The notes beneath the pieces are model-generated. The model had not been told where the DNA came from and made no database searches. It worked only from the letters and a program-made list of their open reading frames with translations. A program made the translations under genes and the position numbers. This document shows, one piece after another, positions 9,231-20,848 of a stretch of 40,857 nt of DNA. The first letter of the stretch is position 1; each line of letters starts with the position of its first letter. The stretch covers positions 1-40,857 of the forward strand of contig CAXTDP010000001.1 in NCBI GenBank assembly GCA_964242295.1. The letters run 5' to 3'. This stretch comes from an uncultured Acetobacteraceae bacterium (GTDB taxonomy: Bacteria; Pseudomonadota; Alphaproteobacteria; Acetobacterales; Acetobacteraceae).

Positions 9231-9635
9231 ATGAACAGCATCCAGCTTGCGAAGGGCCTTGGCTGGTTCAGCCTGGGTCTTGGACTCACGGAGATAGCGG
9301 TTCCCGGCCGCCTGGCACGCGGCCTGGGCCTGCCGGTATCGCCGGCGCTGGTCGGGCTGTTCGGGATGCGGGAGGTGGGCGCCGGGGTGGCGGTGCTGAC
9401 CTACCCCGGCAGCCCCGGCCCGGTCTGGGCGCGCGTCGGCGGGGACGTGCTGGACCTCGCCGTGCTCGCACTGCACAGGGGCGGGAGGCGGCGTCAGGAA
9501 CGTGCGATGCTGGCCACCGCGGCGGTCTTGGGCGTGACGGTCCTGGATGTCCTGTGCGCGGCGGCGCTGACGCGGCGACGGCATCAGGCGGCGTTGACGG
9601 CACGCCGGACGCGCATCGGCTACGCGGCGAAGTAG
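9231..9635 (+). CDS. small hypothetical membrane protein
   Basis: The internal ATG at 9231 gives MNSIQLAKGLGWFSLGLGLTEIAVPGRLARGLGL. That is a GWFSxGLG hydrophobic N-terminus, as seen in membrane segments attached to cyclase/dehydrase-type proteins. It has 3-4 hydrophobic stretches and starts 10 nt after the upstream stop. Confidence 0.55.
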   Translation: MNSIQLAKGLGWFSLGLGLTEIAVPGRLARGLGLPVSPALVGLFGMREVGAGVAVLTYPGSPGPVWARVGGDVLDLAVLALHRGGRRRQERAMLATAAVLGVTVLDVLCAAALTRRRHQAALTARRTRIGYAAK

Positions 9636-9733
9636 CGGCAGACGGCCGGCATAATGGCGCCGGTCCACGCCAGGCGGCGGCAGGAACCGCGGCCCGGCAC
9701 CCTCGTTGGGTCGTGCGCATTTAGGGGAGTGCC

Positions 9734-10555
9734 ATGCCGTTCATCGAAACCATGGACAAGACGACGCTGTTCTACAACGATTGGGGCAGCGGCAAGCCCG
9801 TCGTGCTGATCCACGGCTGGCCGCTGGACTCAGACATGTGGGAGTATCAGTCCACTTTCCTCGCCTCGCACGGCTTGCGGGTCATCGCCTATGACCGCCG
9901 CGGCTTCGGACGCAGCAGCCAGCCCTGGACCGGCTATGACTACGACACCCTGGCCGATGACCTTAAAGCGGTGCTGGACGGACTGAACTTGGAAGGAGCG
10001 ACGCTGGTCGGCTTCTCGATGGGCGGCGGCGAGGTCGCTCACTACATGGGCCGGCATGGCGGGGCGCGGGTGGCGAAGGCCGTGCTGGTGTCGGCAGTGA
10101 CGCCGTATCTGGTTCAAGGCCCCGACAACCCCGACAGGGTGCCGGGGGCCACCTTCGACACGATGATCGAGGGCTTGCAGAAGGACCGCCCGCAGTTCCT
10201 GGCAACGTTCGGGAAGCAGTTCTTCGGCGCCGAGCTGCTGAACTTCACCGTGACTGCCGAAATCCTGCAATGGTCGCTGATGATGGCGCTGCTCGGCTCC
10301 CCCAAGGCGACACTGGATTGCGTGCGCGCCTTCTCGGACACCGATTTCCGGCATGACATGGGCACGTTCCGGGTGCCGACGCTGGTGATCCATGGAACCA
10401 GCGACGCGACCGTGCCGGTGGAGAAGTCCGGGCGGATCGCGGCCAAGATGATCCCGGGTGCGGAGCTGCTGGAGTATTCCGGTGCCCCGCATGGCCTGTT
10501 CTTCACCGAGAAAGACCGGCTGAACCAGGACCTGCTCGCCTTCATCCAGAAATAG
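9734..10555 (+). CDS. alpha/beta hydrolase, non-haem chloroperoxidase/arylesterase subfamily
   Basis: 273 aa. It has [16 protein letters not shown], the nucleophile elbow GFSMGGGEV, and the C-terminal GAPHGLF. Confidence 0.9.
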   Translation: MPFIETMDKTTLFYNDWGSGKPVVLIHGWPLDSDMWEYQSTFLASHGLRVIAYDRRGFGRSSQPWTGYDYDTLADDLKAVLDGLNLEGATLVGFSMGGGEVAHYMGRHGGARVAKAVLVSAVTPYLVQGPDNPDRVPGATFDTMIEGLQKDRPQFLATFGKQFFGAELLNFTVTAEILQWSLMMALLGSPKATLDCVRAFSDTDFRHDMGTFRVPTLVIHGTSDATVPVEKSGRIAAKMIPGAELLEYSGAPHGLFFTEKDRLNQDLLAFIQK

Positions 10556-10770
10556 CCCCACTCCCGCTGAACAAGGCCTGGCGCGGGGAGGCGCGAACCT
10601 GGGCCGCCTACCCGGGCCAGCCACGGCGAAGGCCCGGGAAACGTCCCGGCCAAGATGCGAACACGGGTTTGTTTATATCGGTGACGCAAAAGTCCTGCTC
10701 TACGCCCGCTGGGCTGGACAGGCTGCCGCCAGGCAGACCATTCACCTCGTCCAGCACAAGGAATACCGTC

Positions 10771-11946
10771 ATGCGCGCACTCACCTGGCACGGCAAAGGC
10801 GACATACGCTGCGACACCGTGCCGGACCCCACCATCCAGCACGGCCAGGACGCCATCATCAAGGTGACGGCCTGCGCGATTTGCGGCAGCGACCTGCACT
10901 TGATGGGTGGCTTCGTGCCGACAATGGAAAGCGGCGACGTGCTGGGCCACGAGTGCATGGGCGAGGTCGTGGAGGTCGGGCGCGACAATGCGAAGCTGAA
11001 GGTGGGCGACCGTGTGGTGGTCCCTTTCACCATCTGCTGCGGCGAATGCCGGCAGTGCAAGTGGGGCAACTGGTCCTGTTGCGAGCGCACCAACCCCAAT
11101 GGCAAGATGCAGGCGGAGCAGTATGGCTACCCGCTCGCCGGGCTGTTCGGCTTCAGCCACATCACCGGGGGCTTTCCGGGCGGGCAGGCCGAATATGTCC
11201 GCGTGCCCTATGCCGACGTTGGCCCGATCAAGGTGCCGGCGGGGCTATCAGACGAGCAGGTGCTGTTCCTGTCCGACATCTTCCCGACTGCGTTCATGGC
11301 CGCCGACCACTGCGAGATCAAGCCGGAGGACACGATCGCCATCTGGGGCTGCGGTCCCGTGGGATTGCTGGCGATCAAGTGCTGCCTGATGCTGGGAGCT
11401 AAGCGGGTTATCTCGATTGACACCGTGCCGGAGCGGCTGGCGCTTGCGCGCCAAGCTGGGGCGGAGACGCTGGACTATGCCGAGGGCGACCTGCAGGCAA
11501 AGATCGCCGAGATGACCGGCGGCCAGGGACCGGACGCGGTGATCGAGGCCGTGGGCATGGAAAGCCATGGCGCCACCACCGCCCAAAGCATCGTGTCCGG
11601 CGTGATGGCGCACACCGTCAGCTTCGAGCGCCCGTTCGCGCTCAACCAGGCCATACTCGCCTGCCGGCCCGGCGGCATCGTATCCATGCCCGGCGTGTAT
11701 GCCGGGCAGGTCGGGCCGATCGCCATGGGCGCCTTGATGCAGAAGGGCCTCACGCTGAAGACCGGACAGACCCACGTCCAGCGTTACCTGGCGCCGCTGC
11801 TGGAACGGATCGAGAAGGGGGAGATTGATCCGTCCTTCATCATCACTCACCGGGCGGTGGGGCTGGATGACGGGCCGGAGCTGTATAAGACCTTCCGCGA
11901 CAAGAAGGACGATTGCATCAAGGTCGTGCTGCGCCCGAACGGCTAA
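10771..11946 (+). CDS. zinc-dependent alcohol dehydrogenase (glutathione-independent formaldehyde dehydrogenase-like MDR)
   Basis: ATG 10771 sits behind an AAGGAA Shine-Dalgarno. Motifs are [21 protein letters not shown], the structural-Zn block [10 protein letters not shown], and the Rossmann motif IWGCGPVGL. Confidence 0.9.
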   Translation: MRALTWHGKGDIRCDTVPDPTIQHGQDAIIKVTACAICGSDLHLMGGFVPTMESGDVLGHECMGEVVEVGRDNAKLKVGDRVVVPFTICCGECRQCKWGNWSCCERTNPNGKMQAEQYGYPLAGLFGFSHITGGFPGGQAEYVRVPYADVGPIKVPAGLSDEQVLFLSDIFPTAFMAADHCEIKPEDTIAIWGCGPVGLLAIKCCLMLGAKRVISIDTVPERLALARQAGAETLDYAEGDLQAKIAEMTGGQGPDAVIEAVGMESHGATTAQSIVSGVMAHTVSFERPFALNQAILACRPGGIVSMPGVYAGQVGPIAMGALMQKGLTLKTGQTHVQRYLAPLLERIEKGEIDPSFIITHRAVGLDDGPELYKTFRDKKDDCIKVVLRPNG

Positions 11947-12024
11947 GCGGGCTTACGCGGCCCGTCACACGGATGGCCTGCGGCCGTGCCAGGCCGCGCG
12001 AGTCGGCTTAGCTTTTCATCTGTG

Positions 12025-12046
12025 TGCAAACCTTTAGAGGTTTGCA
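12025..12046. terminator. perfect hairpin between convergent genes
   Basis: TGCAAACCT-TTAG-AGGTTTGCA gives a 9-bp stem and 4-nt loop. It lies between the ADH stop (11946) and the ankyrin-gene stop (12226). There is no U-tract on either side, so the terminator role is tentative. Confidence 0.35.
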
Positions 12047-12225
12047 TGGCGTCGAAGGACCCTGCGCTGCCGTAGCCGTGCTGCCGCGGGGCGGGAGCAC
12101 CCTGAGATCGTCTAGACCCGGCCGATGGGAAGCCGGGGGCGGCCGCGTTGCACGCATATGGAAATGCACCGCAGCGACGGTGAGCAAGCTATTGCCGGAC
12201 CCAGAGTTCCTGGGTGTGGGCGCAT

Positions 12226-12783
12226 CTATTCCTGCCGCTCGGCCTTTGCGCGGGCCAACCGCATCGAGGTATCCGGAGCATTGATGTACTTCGCCAAATC
12301 CTCGGCTGTCATCCCGCGGGAGTCGCGCCTCGCTAGGTCCGCCCCGCGATCCAGCAGCAATTCCACGATGGCCGTGCGGTTGAACATGGCCGCTGTCATC
12401 AGCGGAGTGCGGCCATCGCCGCCGTGGCCGTCCACCGCCGCGCCGCCGTCCAGCAGCGCACGCACCACGTCGGCGTCACCCTTGAAGCAAGCGCCGGCAA
12501 GGGGCGTCTGGCCACGGTCATTGGCGATGCCGGGATCGGCGCCCGCCGCTAGCAGCCGGCGCACGGCATCCGCATGGCCATGATAGCTTGCCAGCATGAC
12601 CAGCGTGTCACCCTTGTCGTTCCGCAGGTTGGGCGGCAGACCCATCGCCAACACCTGCGCCAACTCCTCCGCATGTCCGCTCCGGGCGTAGTCGAACATG
12701 CGGGCCGCGAAGGCGATGGTTTCATCGTCGAAGGCCGGCGGCTTCTTACCGTCAGCTCGCTTGCCGTTGTTGCCGTTCCGCAT
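12226..12783 (-). CDS. ankyrin-repeat protein
   Basis: 185 aa with consecutive ANK repeats: GDTLVMLASYHGHADAVRRLLAAGADP, GQTPLAGACFKGDADVVRALLDGGAAV, GRTPLMTAAMFNRTAIVELLLDRGADL. Confidence 0.85.
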   Translation of the reverse strand: MRNGNNGKRADGKKPPAFDDETIAFAARMFDYARSGHAEELAQVLAMGLPPNLRNDKGDTLVMLASYHGHADAVRRLLAAGADPGIANDRGQTPLAGACFKGDADVVRALLDGGAAVDGHGGDGRTPLMTAAMFNRTAIVELLLDRGADLARRDSRGMTAEDLAKYINAPDTSMRLARAKAERQE

Positions 12784-12909
12784 TGCTCGCTCTTGGGACG
12801 TTCAACGCTGGCGGGTGGGCCGTAGCCAGCGATCTCATGACAGTGAGGCCGGGAGTTCCTATATCGTGAACAACCCGAGGTTGCCAGGCGTTCGCCGGCC
12901 AACCCGTTC

Positions 12910-12939
12910 GTTGCCGGATCAGCCGGTCAAGCCCCATAT
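12910..12939 (+). promoter_or_regulatory. sigma-32 (RpoH)-type heat-shock promoter candidate
   Basis: GTTGCCG (12910-12916), a 15-bp spacer, then CCCCATAT (12932-12939). The -10 element is a full match to the CCCCATNT heat-shock consensus. An AAGGAGG Shine-Dalgarno (12944-12950) and TTG 12958 follow. Confidence 0.55.
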
Positions 12940-12957
12940 TGCCAAGGAGGCGTCCCT

Positions 12958-13346
12958 TTGTCCCGCACCTCAACCAACCTGATGTGGGCTGATGCTCTCG
13001 CCGCCGTCGCGCGTGCGGACCGGCTGCACCGTGAGTTCTTCCGCCCGGCCCCTGCCGGATGGGAGCCGCCGGTGGACCTCCTGGAAACCAGGGAGGAGCT
13101 GATCCTTGTCGCAGCCCTGCCCGGCGTCCGTTCGGCCGATGTTGACCTCGTGGTTTCGCGCGGCGAGCTTGCCATCGTCGGCACCCGGCGCATGCCGCCG
13201 ACCTACGGACCCGTCCGGATACACCGCATGGAGCTGCCGCATGGGCAGTTCGAACGGCGGGTCGTCCTGCCGCCGGGATCGTATGAGCTGGTACGCAGCG
13301 ACCTAGCCGACGGCTGCCTGACCGTCGTGCTGCGGAAGGTTGCATA

Positions 13347-13347
<1 letters not shown>
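12958..13347 (+). CDS. Hsp20/alpha-crystallin family small heat-shock protein
   Basis: 129 aa. The alpha-crystallin core is PPVDLLETREELILVAALPGVRSADVDLVVSRGELAIVGTR. The TTG start lies 7 nt after AAGGAGG. The stop overlaps the lon start (TAATG). Confidence 0.8.
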
Positions 13348-15737
<2,390 letters not shown>

Positions 15738-15842
15738 AAAGCGGCTGCATGCCGCAGATGTCCCGGCGACGAGGGTCGTAGGACCTTCCGGACCCGGGAC
15801 GCCCTGGTCCGAGTACCATGTCGGACGTGGAAGGCGTAAGCC

Positions 15843-18107
15843 TCAGCCGGTATAGGCGAGGTTCAGGTAGTCCTGGCCATCCACGTTCCCGGTCGTGATG
15901 GTCAGCTTCGAGCCAACGTCCGCAATGCTCAGGCCGGCGAGGGTCGCCGACTCGTTGATCCCCGTTCCAGGGCCGGCAAGCTCGGAATGGACGGTTGCAC
16001 CCTTGTAGCCGTCCGCCCCGTCGGAGGCGGTCCACCGCCTCGTGCTGACGCCGGGCACGAACCCCCAGATCGTGAGGCTGTCACCGTGATGGAAGTTGAC
16101 GGCCGTGCTCCAGGTCGTGCTCCCTCCACGGCCATCCACGAAGAAGGTGTCCGTGCCACCGTCGCTGCCGACGGCGCCGACCAGGAAGTTCGAGCCGCCC
16201 CCGCCGTCGAGCACGTTGGTGCCGGCCGTTACGGTAGGGGCGTCATCGCCGGGTCCGCCATGCAGAAGGACGTCGGGCACGTTGGATGCTATGGCGACGC
16301 CATGCGGGTTGGACCGGATGAACTGTTGCCGCAGCGACGCGACCAGGCCGGAGTAGGTTTCCCCGGGGGCGCCCTCGGACGTTTTGACGGTGGTGTCGGT
16401 GATTGAAAAGGCGGGCGGTGACGCTGGCGGTGGTGGGGCATCAGGACCGGACTCGCTGCCGACGGTCACTGCCTGTGCCCCGTTGCTGATGAGAATAAGG
16501 CTAACGGCGGAGGCCATGCTGCCCCGGTATGATGCGCCGTCCAGATAAAGGTTGCGGTCCATTGCAGGCGATCCGCCCCGGGCATCATTGAGCAAATCCA
16601 AGGAGACCTGGTGCGGTCCCGGTCCGAAGTTGCCCTGAACCTGGTAAACCTGATCCAGTCCAGACCCATGGGCGACCGTGGCGGTCTGGATGCCGCCGAC
16701 CTGCACCCCGTCCACCGCCACCGTGAACTGGGCGTCGCCCTGCCATGCATCCTCCGCCACCAGCAGCGTCACGGTGTCCCCACCCGATCCGATGGTGATG
16801 TTCGGCATGGCTGCCTGGATGGTCGTGAAATCGCCCCGCACGAAGGAGAAGTACTGCCCGCCACCCTTGTATTCGCTCAGCCACGCGCTTGGGATCGGCG
16901 AGCGGTCGAACGTCGCGTTGTCCAGGAACAGGTTCCGGTCGCCGCCGGGACCGCCGCCGAAATTGTTCAGGAGGATCAAGCCGACGCTATGACGCCCCGT
17001 GCTGAAGTCAGACATCATGTGGAATACCTGGACCGCCCCGTCCGAATGGGACGCCGACGTGGACAGGACGCCGCCGAGCTGGGTGCCGTCAATCGTCACG
17101 ATGAACTGCGCATCTCCCTCGTATGCCTCCTCGCTGATGCCGAGCGCGAGGTCATGCGCCCCCTGCCCGATGGTCTGATCGCCGGTGGGCGCCGGTGTCG
17201 GGGCGGGCGGCCCTGTTGGCGGAGCGGGCGGCAGGTCAACGCCGCCCAACGCCGCGTCGCCATTCGCATCCGTGGCGCCGTAGAAGTCATGGCCTCGCCC
17301 GTCGGGAGATGAGATGGCCTGCTGCACGACTGCCGGGTTCGCGCCGTCTTTGGCATAGGCGCGGATGTAATCAATCAGCATGTCGGCGGACTCGCCGATC
17401 GGCGCACCCACCCAGTGGCCGCCGACGGCAAGGTTGACCAGCAGATACATCGGCTGGTCAAAGCCCGCAGGTGTGGGGATCGTCTGGTATGCAACACCGT
17501 TGAAGTAGAACGTCAGCGTATCCGGTTCCCAATCCATCCCGAACGTATTGAACTGGGTATGGAGGTTCGCCCCGCTTGTGTCGTTCCACTGCCCCTGCCC
17601 GCCCCCGGCCGCGACCTGGCCGTTGTGGAAGGAGTATGCCCCGCCGTCGCCGTCCGGCCCCAAGGCACCGAAGGCTTCCAGGGGGTCAAGCTCCGGCGGC
17701 CAAACATGCTGTTGCGGCAGCATCCAGAATGCAGGCCACATGCCGGTCCCTTGGGGCAGCTCGGCACGCATCTCGAAATAGCCGTAAAGCTGCGAGAACG
17801 AATGGTTGGTCGTAATGATGCCGGACGTGTAGGAGGCGCCGTAGGTCTGCGAAAGGTCCAGGGATGGCGCGGCATGGATGTCGAGGCAGCCGTTCGCAAC
17901 CGAAAACGGATCTATGCCGACAGTTGGGTCCGAGTACATCTCCACTTCATCGTTCAGCTTGCGCTCTCCATAGGACAGCGTCGTGTCCCAGGTGCCGCTA
18001 TGGCTGAGGTCGCCGGGGTTGGAGGGGCCGTTTGAGCTGAATGCATTGAATTCGTCATCGAAGGTCAGCTTGAACCCGGTGAGATCAAGTGTACTCTGGG
18101 ACGCCAT
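15843..18107 (-). CDS. leaderless GH16 glycanase with two CBM-like repeat modules and an RTX-like C-terminal region (ExsH-like architecture)
   Basis: The start is set at ATG 18107 (MASQSTLDLTGF...), because GC3 drops upstream of it. The GH16 signature is FEMRAELPQGTGMWPAFWML...PELDPLEAFG (ExDxxE). Two ~110-aa repeats occupy aa ~318-549. Glycine-rich nonapeptide-like stretches are LHGGPGDDA and LDGGGGSNFLVGAVGSDGGTDTFFVDG. There is no N-terminal signal peptide. Confidence 0.85.
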   Translation of the reverse strand: MASQSTLDLTGFKLTFDDEFNAFSSNGPSNPGDLSHSGTWDTTLSYGERKLNDEVEMYSDPTVGIDPFSVANGCLDIHAAPSLDLSQTYGASYTSGIITTNHSFSQLYGYFEMRAELPQGTGMWPAFWMLPQQHVWPPELDPLEAFGALGPDGDGGAYSFHNGQVAAGGGQGQWNDTSGANLHTQFNTFGMDWEPDTLTFYFNGVAYQTIPTPAGFDQPMYLLVNLAVGGHWVGAPIGESADMLIDYIRAYAKDGANPAVVQQAISSPDGRGHDFYGATDANGDAALGGVDLPPAPPTGPPAPTPAPTGDQTIGQGAHDLALGISEEAYEGDAQFIVTIDGTQLGGVLSTSASHSDGAVQVFHMMSDFSTGRHSVGLILLNNFGGGPGGDRNLFLDNATFDRSPIPSAWLSEYKGGGQYFSFVRGDFTTIQAAMPNITIGSGGDTVTLLVAEDAWQGDAQFTVAVDGVQVGGIQTATVAHGSGLDQVYQVQGNFGPGPHQVSLDLLNDARGGSPAMDRNLYLDGASYRGSMASAVSLILISNGAQAVTVGSESGPDAPPPPASPPAFSITDTTVKTSEGAPGETYSGLVASLRQQFIRSNPHGVAIASNVPDVLLHGGPGDDAPTVTAGTNVLDGGGGSNFLVGAVGSDGGTDTFFVDGRGGSTTWSTAVNFHHGDSLTIWGFVPGVSTRRWTASDGADGYKGATVHSELAGPGTGINESATLAGLSIADVGSKLTITTGNVDGQDYLNLAYTG
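16461..17156 (-). repeat. two tandem copies of a ~110-aa CBM-like module inside the GH16 gene
   Basis: The copies are HDLALGISEEAYEGDAQFIVTIDGTQLGG...GRHSVGLILLNNFGGGPGGDRNLFLD and TVTLLVAEDAWQGDAQFTVAVDGVQVGG...GPHQVSLDLLNDARGGSPAMDRNLYLD. The same module occurs at 37305..38327. Confidence 0.8.
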
Positions 18108-18141
18108 TGAGGCCTGCCTGCGTGGATGCTGAGGCTGCACT

Positions 18142-18159
18142 GGCAGGCACGCGCCTGCC
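18142..18159 (-). promoter_or_regulatory. GC-rich hairpin in the presumed 5' leader of the GH16 gene
   Basis: GGCAGGC-ACGC-GCCTGCC gives a 7-bp stem, ~35 nt upstream of ATG 18107 on the minus strand. Confidence 0.25.
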
Positions 18160-18707
18160 CCGTAGTCCGGGAGGTTCGCACCTGCACTGGCGACCGGTTC
18201 AGGCGTCCTAAGGCATCGGCATTTCGGGGATGTTAATTCGTCTTGGCGGGGCTGCCGCATAGCAGGCCAAAGCGTGCGGACTGGACTGGCTAGTGGGCCG
18301 TCGCAGGCCGGCGTGCGGCTATTCCGGCAAGACCGTCGGAGCGGCCCGGCTCGGGCCAGCAAGAAGAGGCCCGGCACACCTTGAGGGCCACCACCGATGA
18401 TGCCGAGCTACCCTGCATGGTTCACGCAGCAATACCGCAGACTACAACCATGACGAGAACATACAAATGCTTAGCGCTCTATACGCGAGCGCGAGGGAGT
18501 AAATCCATATGACAGACCTCGACATCAGAAGTGTGGCCGCTGCTTCGCTGCTTCGTTTGTGATGAGTGGAAAACAACGGTCGCCAGGTAGGACTGGCGAA
18601 TGCTGATGGGTGATTTTGACGTGAGATGGCGCGACTGCTAGGTGAGCCGCTGCCAACGGCACGGGATCGGCCGTAGCTACGTCTGACTGCTGAGTATTGT
18701 CTGGAAC

Positions 18708-19826
18708 ATGCCACCACGCCGGGATGATGCGCCTATGATTGATGGTCTGACATGCCGCATCTTCACAGGCCGAAAGCAGGTCGCCGTTGCCGCACCCACG
18801 GTGGAAGCCATGCGGCGGGCCTACGGACTGGACGCCGACATGACCACAGACATGGGGTGGTTCGTGTCCCGGACGGTGCTGTGGGGCAACAGCCCCATTG
18901 TGGTACTGGTGGACCAGGGCACGAAGCCAGTCGCTGCCGTGCTGCTGTATCAGCGCCGCTTTTGCGGAATCCCTACCGGCGTGATCAAGGGCGGCAATGG
19001 GTCGGGCGACGGCGTGGTCGTTGCGCCGCCACCGTTGCGGACGGCAGCACTGCAGGCGGCCCTCGCCAAGGTCTTGTCGTTGCCGTTGACCCACACCGTC
19101 CTTGTCGCGGCACGTGGGGTGGACGCTCAGGCGGCGCAGATCCGGCCACAGGATGAACTGGGCGCCCAGTGGCGCGCACGGGAGGTTGAGACCCACCTTT
19201 CGCTTGCGGGGGGCTTTGAAGGCTTCATGTCGCGGTTGCGCACCCGCAGCCGCAGGAACTACAGGTATTTCCGACGCCGGGCCGAAAGCGAGCTTGGCAT
19301 CGTTTTCGTGCCTAGCCTGACGAACGCCGAAGCGGGTCAGGCGGTCGAGGAGTTGCACGGCGTGTCCATGTTCCCAGTGCCGCGGGGACGCGCCATGCGG
19401 TTCCAGGCGGCAATCCAGGATACGCCGGATTCCTTCGCCATGGGGGTCCGCGACCAGTCAGGGCGATGGCTGAGCTATATCGCGGGTTGGCGGCACGCCG
19501 ATGCCACCTTCGTTGAGTGGCAGCTCAACCATCATGAGTTTGCGGCGGCGTCGCTTTCCACTGTGATGCGGACCTACTTCCTGGAACACGAAGCGATGGC
19601 AGGCGTGGGCGAAATCGTCTTCGTCGGCGGCACTTCGGCGGCGCTGGCGCGCTACTGCAAGCCGGACCGCTGCTTCGACATCGTGGCGATCCGGCGGGGA
19701 GTTCGGGGTTTCGTCGTCAAGAAGCTTGTGGCCAGGCTTCGGCCCCACAGTCAGCTTGCGTTGCAGATGCGCGGGAGTTCGCTTCAACTGCCGGTCACGA
19801 GCTCTGAAGTTGAAAGGTTCGCGTAG
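18708..19826 (+). CDS. CelD/BcsL- or FemAB-like acyltransferase (GNAT-related, EPS-locus type)
   Basis: 372 aa. The RSRRNYRYFRRRAESELGIVF block and a C-terminal half with the GNAT-like pattern (FAMGVRDQSGRWLSYIAGW...) resemble the acetyltransferase domain found in cellulose/EPS loci. The start is uncertain (18708, or ATG 18735 giving MIDGLTC). Confidence 0.55.
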   Translation: MPPRRDDAPMIDGLTCRIFTGRKQVAVAAPTVEAMRRAYGLDADMTTDMGWFVSRTVLWGNSPIVVLVDQGTKPVAAVLLYQRRFCGIPTGVIKGGNGSGDGVVVAPPPLRTAALQAALAKVLSLPLTHTVLVAARGVDAQAAQIRPQDELGAQWRAREVETHLSLAGGFEGFMSRLRTRSRRNYRYFRRRAESELGIVFVPSLTNAEAGQAVEELHGVSMFPVPRGRAMRFQAAIQDTPDSFAMGVRDQSGRWLSYIAGWRHADATFVEWQLNHHEFAAASLSTVMRTYFLEHEAMAGVGEIVFVGGTSAALARYCKPDRCFDIVAIRRGVRGFVVKKLVARLRPHSQLALQMRGSSLQLPVTSSEVERFA

Positions 19827-20010
19827 GGCTGCCGAGGTGGAATGCGCCGGTTGCCTACACGGGTAGCGGGATGCGGATGGCGCGGAGAAGATGTCCCGCG
19901 TTCTCGGTCAGGGGCCGCCTTGCAACCTCGTTGCCCCTGGCGTGTCATCCAATGCGCGGTCAACATCCCTGGCTAGCTGATCGTGGTTCGGCTGACACCC
20001 AGCCAGCAGG

Positions 20011-20844
20011 TTACAGCGGCCTGGACGACTGAGGTCGTGGCCGGCGTGGGAGCGGGGCCGCCAGGTCTGCTTGTGCAACCCGTATTGTGCCGGTCCGGCC
20101 CCCTGGCACGTGTAACTGCGACGGGAAGCGTTGGGCGAGCGCACCTGCCGGCTGTGGAGCACCAGGGAGAGCATGCAGCCTTTCCCGGGCATTGTGGGCG
20201 GCAGTGTCTGCGGCCACGCGCCGGGCGAACTCAGGGGTATATACCCCATAGGGGTCAACCACCGGCTGCTGGGGCATCGCTGCGGCTCGCACCCCAATCG
20301 TCCCGCCATAGGCAGCCGCCATCGGCCATGCCTGCATGACGCGGCGGCCATACTCGTCCGCCAGGTCAGGCGTGCGGGAATGATAGGCGCCGACAGCGGC
20401 GGGCCAGGTCCCAAACTCCGCCTGCAGCCGGCCCAGGAATTGCGCGGCATAGCGTACATTGACGGTGGGATCGAACGCCTGCTGCAAAGAGGCGAACGCA
20501 TTGGGATGGTGCATCAGGTTGACCTGCATGCATCCGACATCAATGGATTGTATTCCGGAGGAGCGGAACGTTTCGACGGCGGCAGCCGCTTCGTCCGCGT
20601 TGCCATAGTAGTAGCCGGTGCCGGCGACGTTGATGGTCCAGGGCCAGGCAACCAGCCGCCCATTGGGCAGCACGCGCCCACTCTCGGTGCGTGCGATGGC
20701 GGACAGCAGCGCGGGCGGCAGCCGGGCGGTGCGCTCAACCCCCTGTATCGCGGCCTGGCAGGCCGCCTCGTCGCCCATCGGCGGAAGCGGCGCGGCATGC
20801 ACGGCTATAGGGGTGAGAAGGCAGAGAGCGATTGCCACACGCAT
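20011..20844 (-). CDS. specialised lytic transglycosylase (SLT domain, IagB/VirB1-like)
   Basis: The start at ATG 20844 gives the signal peptide MRVAIALCLLTPIAVHAAP. Motifs are AIARTESGR (catalytic Glu-Ser), PWTINVAGTGYYY, DVGCMQVN and GAYHS. Confidence 0.85.
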   Translation of the reverse strand: MRVAIALCLLTPIAVHAAPLPPMGDEAACQAAIQGVERTARLPPALLSAIARTESGRVLPNGRLVAWPWTINVAGTGYYYGNADEAAAAVETFRSSGIQSIDVGCMQVNLMHHPNAFASLQQAFDPTVNVRYAAQFLGRLQAEFGTWPAAVGAYHSRTPDLADEYGRRVMQAWPMAAAYGGTIGVRAAAMPQQPVVDPYGVYTPEFARRVAADTAAHNARERLHALPGAPQPAGALAQRFPSQLHVPGGRTGTIRVAQADLAAPLPRRPRPQSSRPL

Positions 20845-20848
20845 AACG

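Noticed and set aside
18509-18562. 17-codon uORF (MTDLDIRSVAAASLLRL) with a GGGAG Shine-Dalgarno upstream of the CelD/FemAB-like gene
   Set aside because: It is too short to evaluate. No attenuator-like alternative structures are evident, and such ORFs arise by chance.
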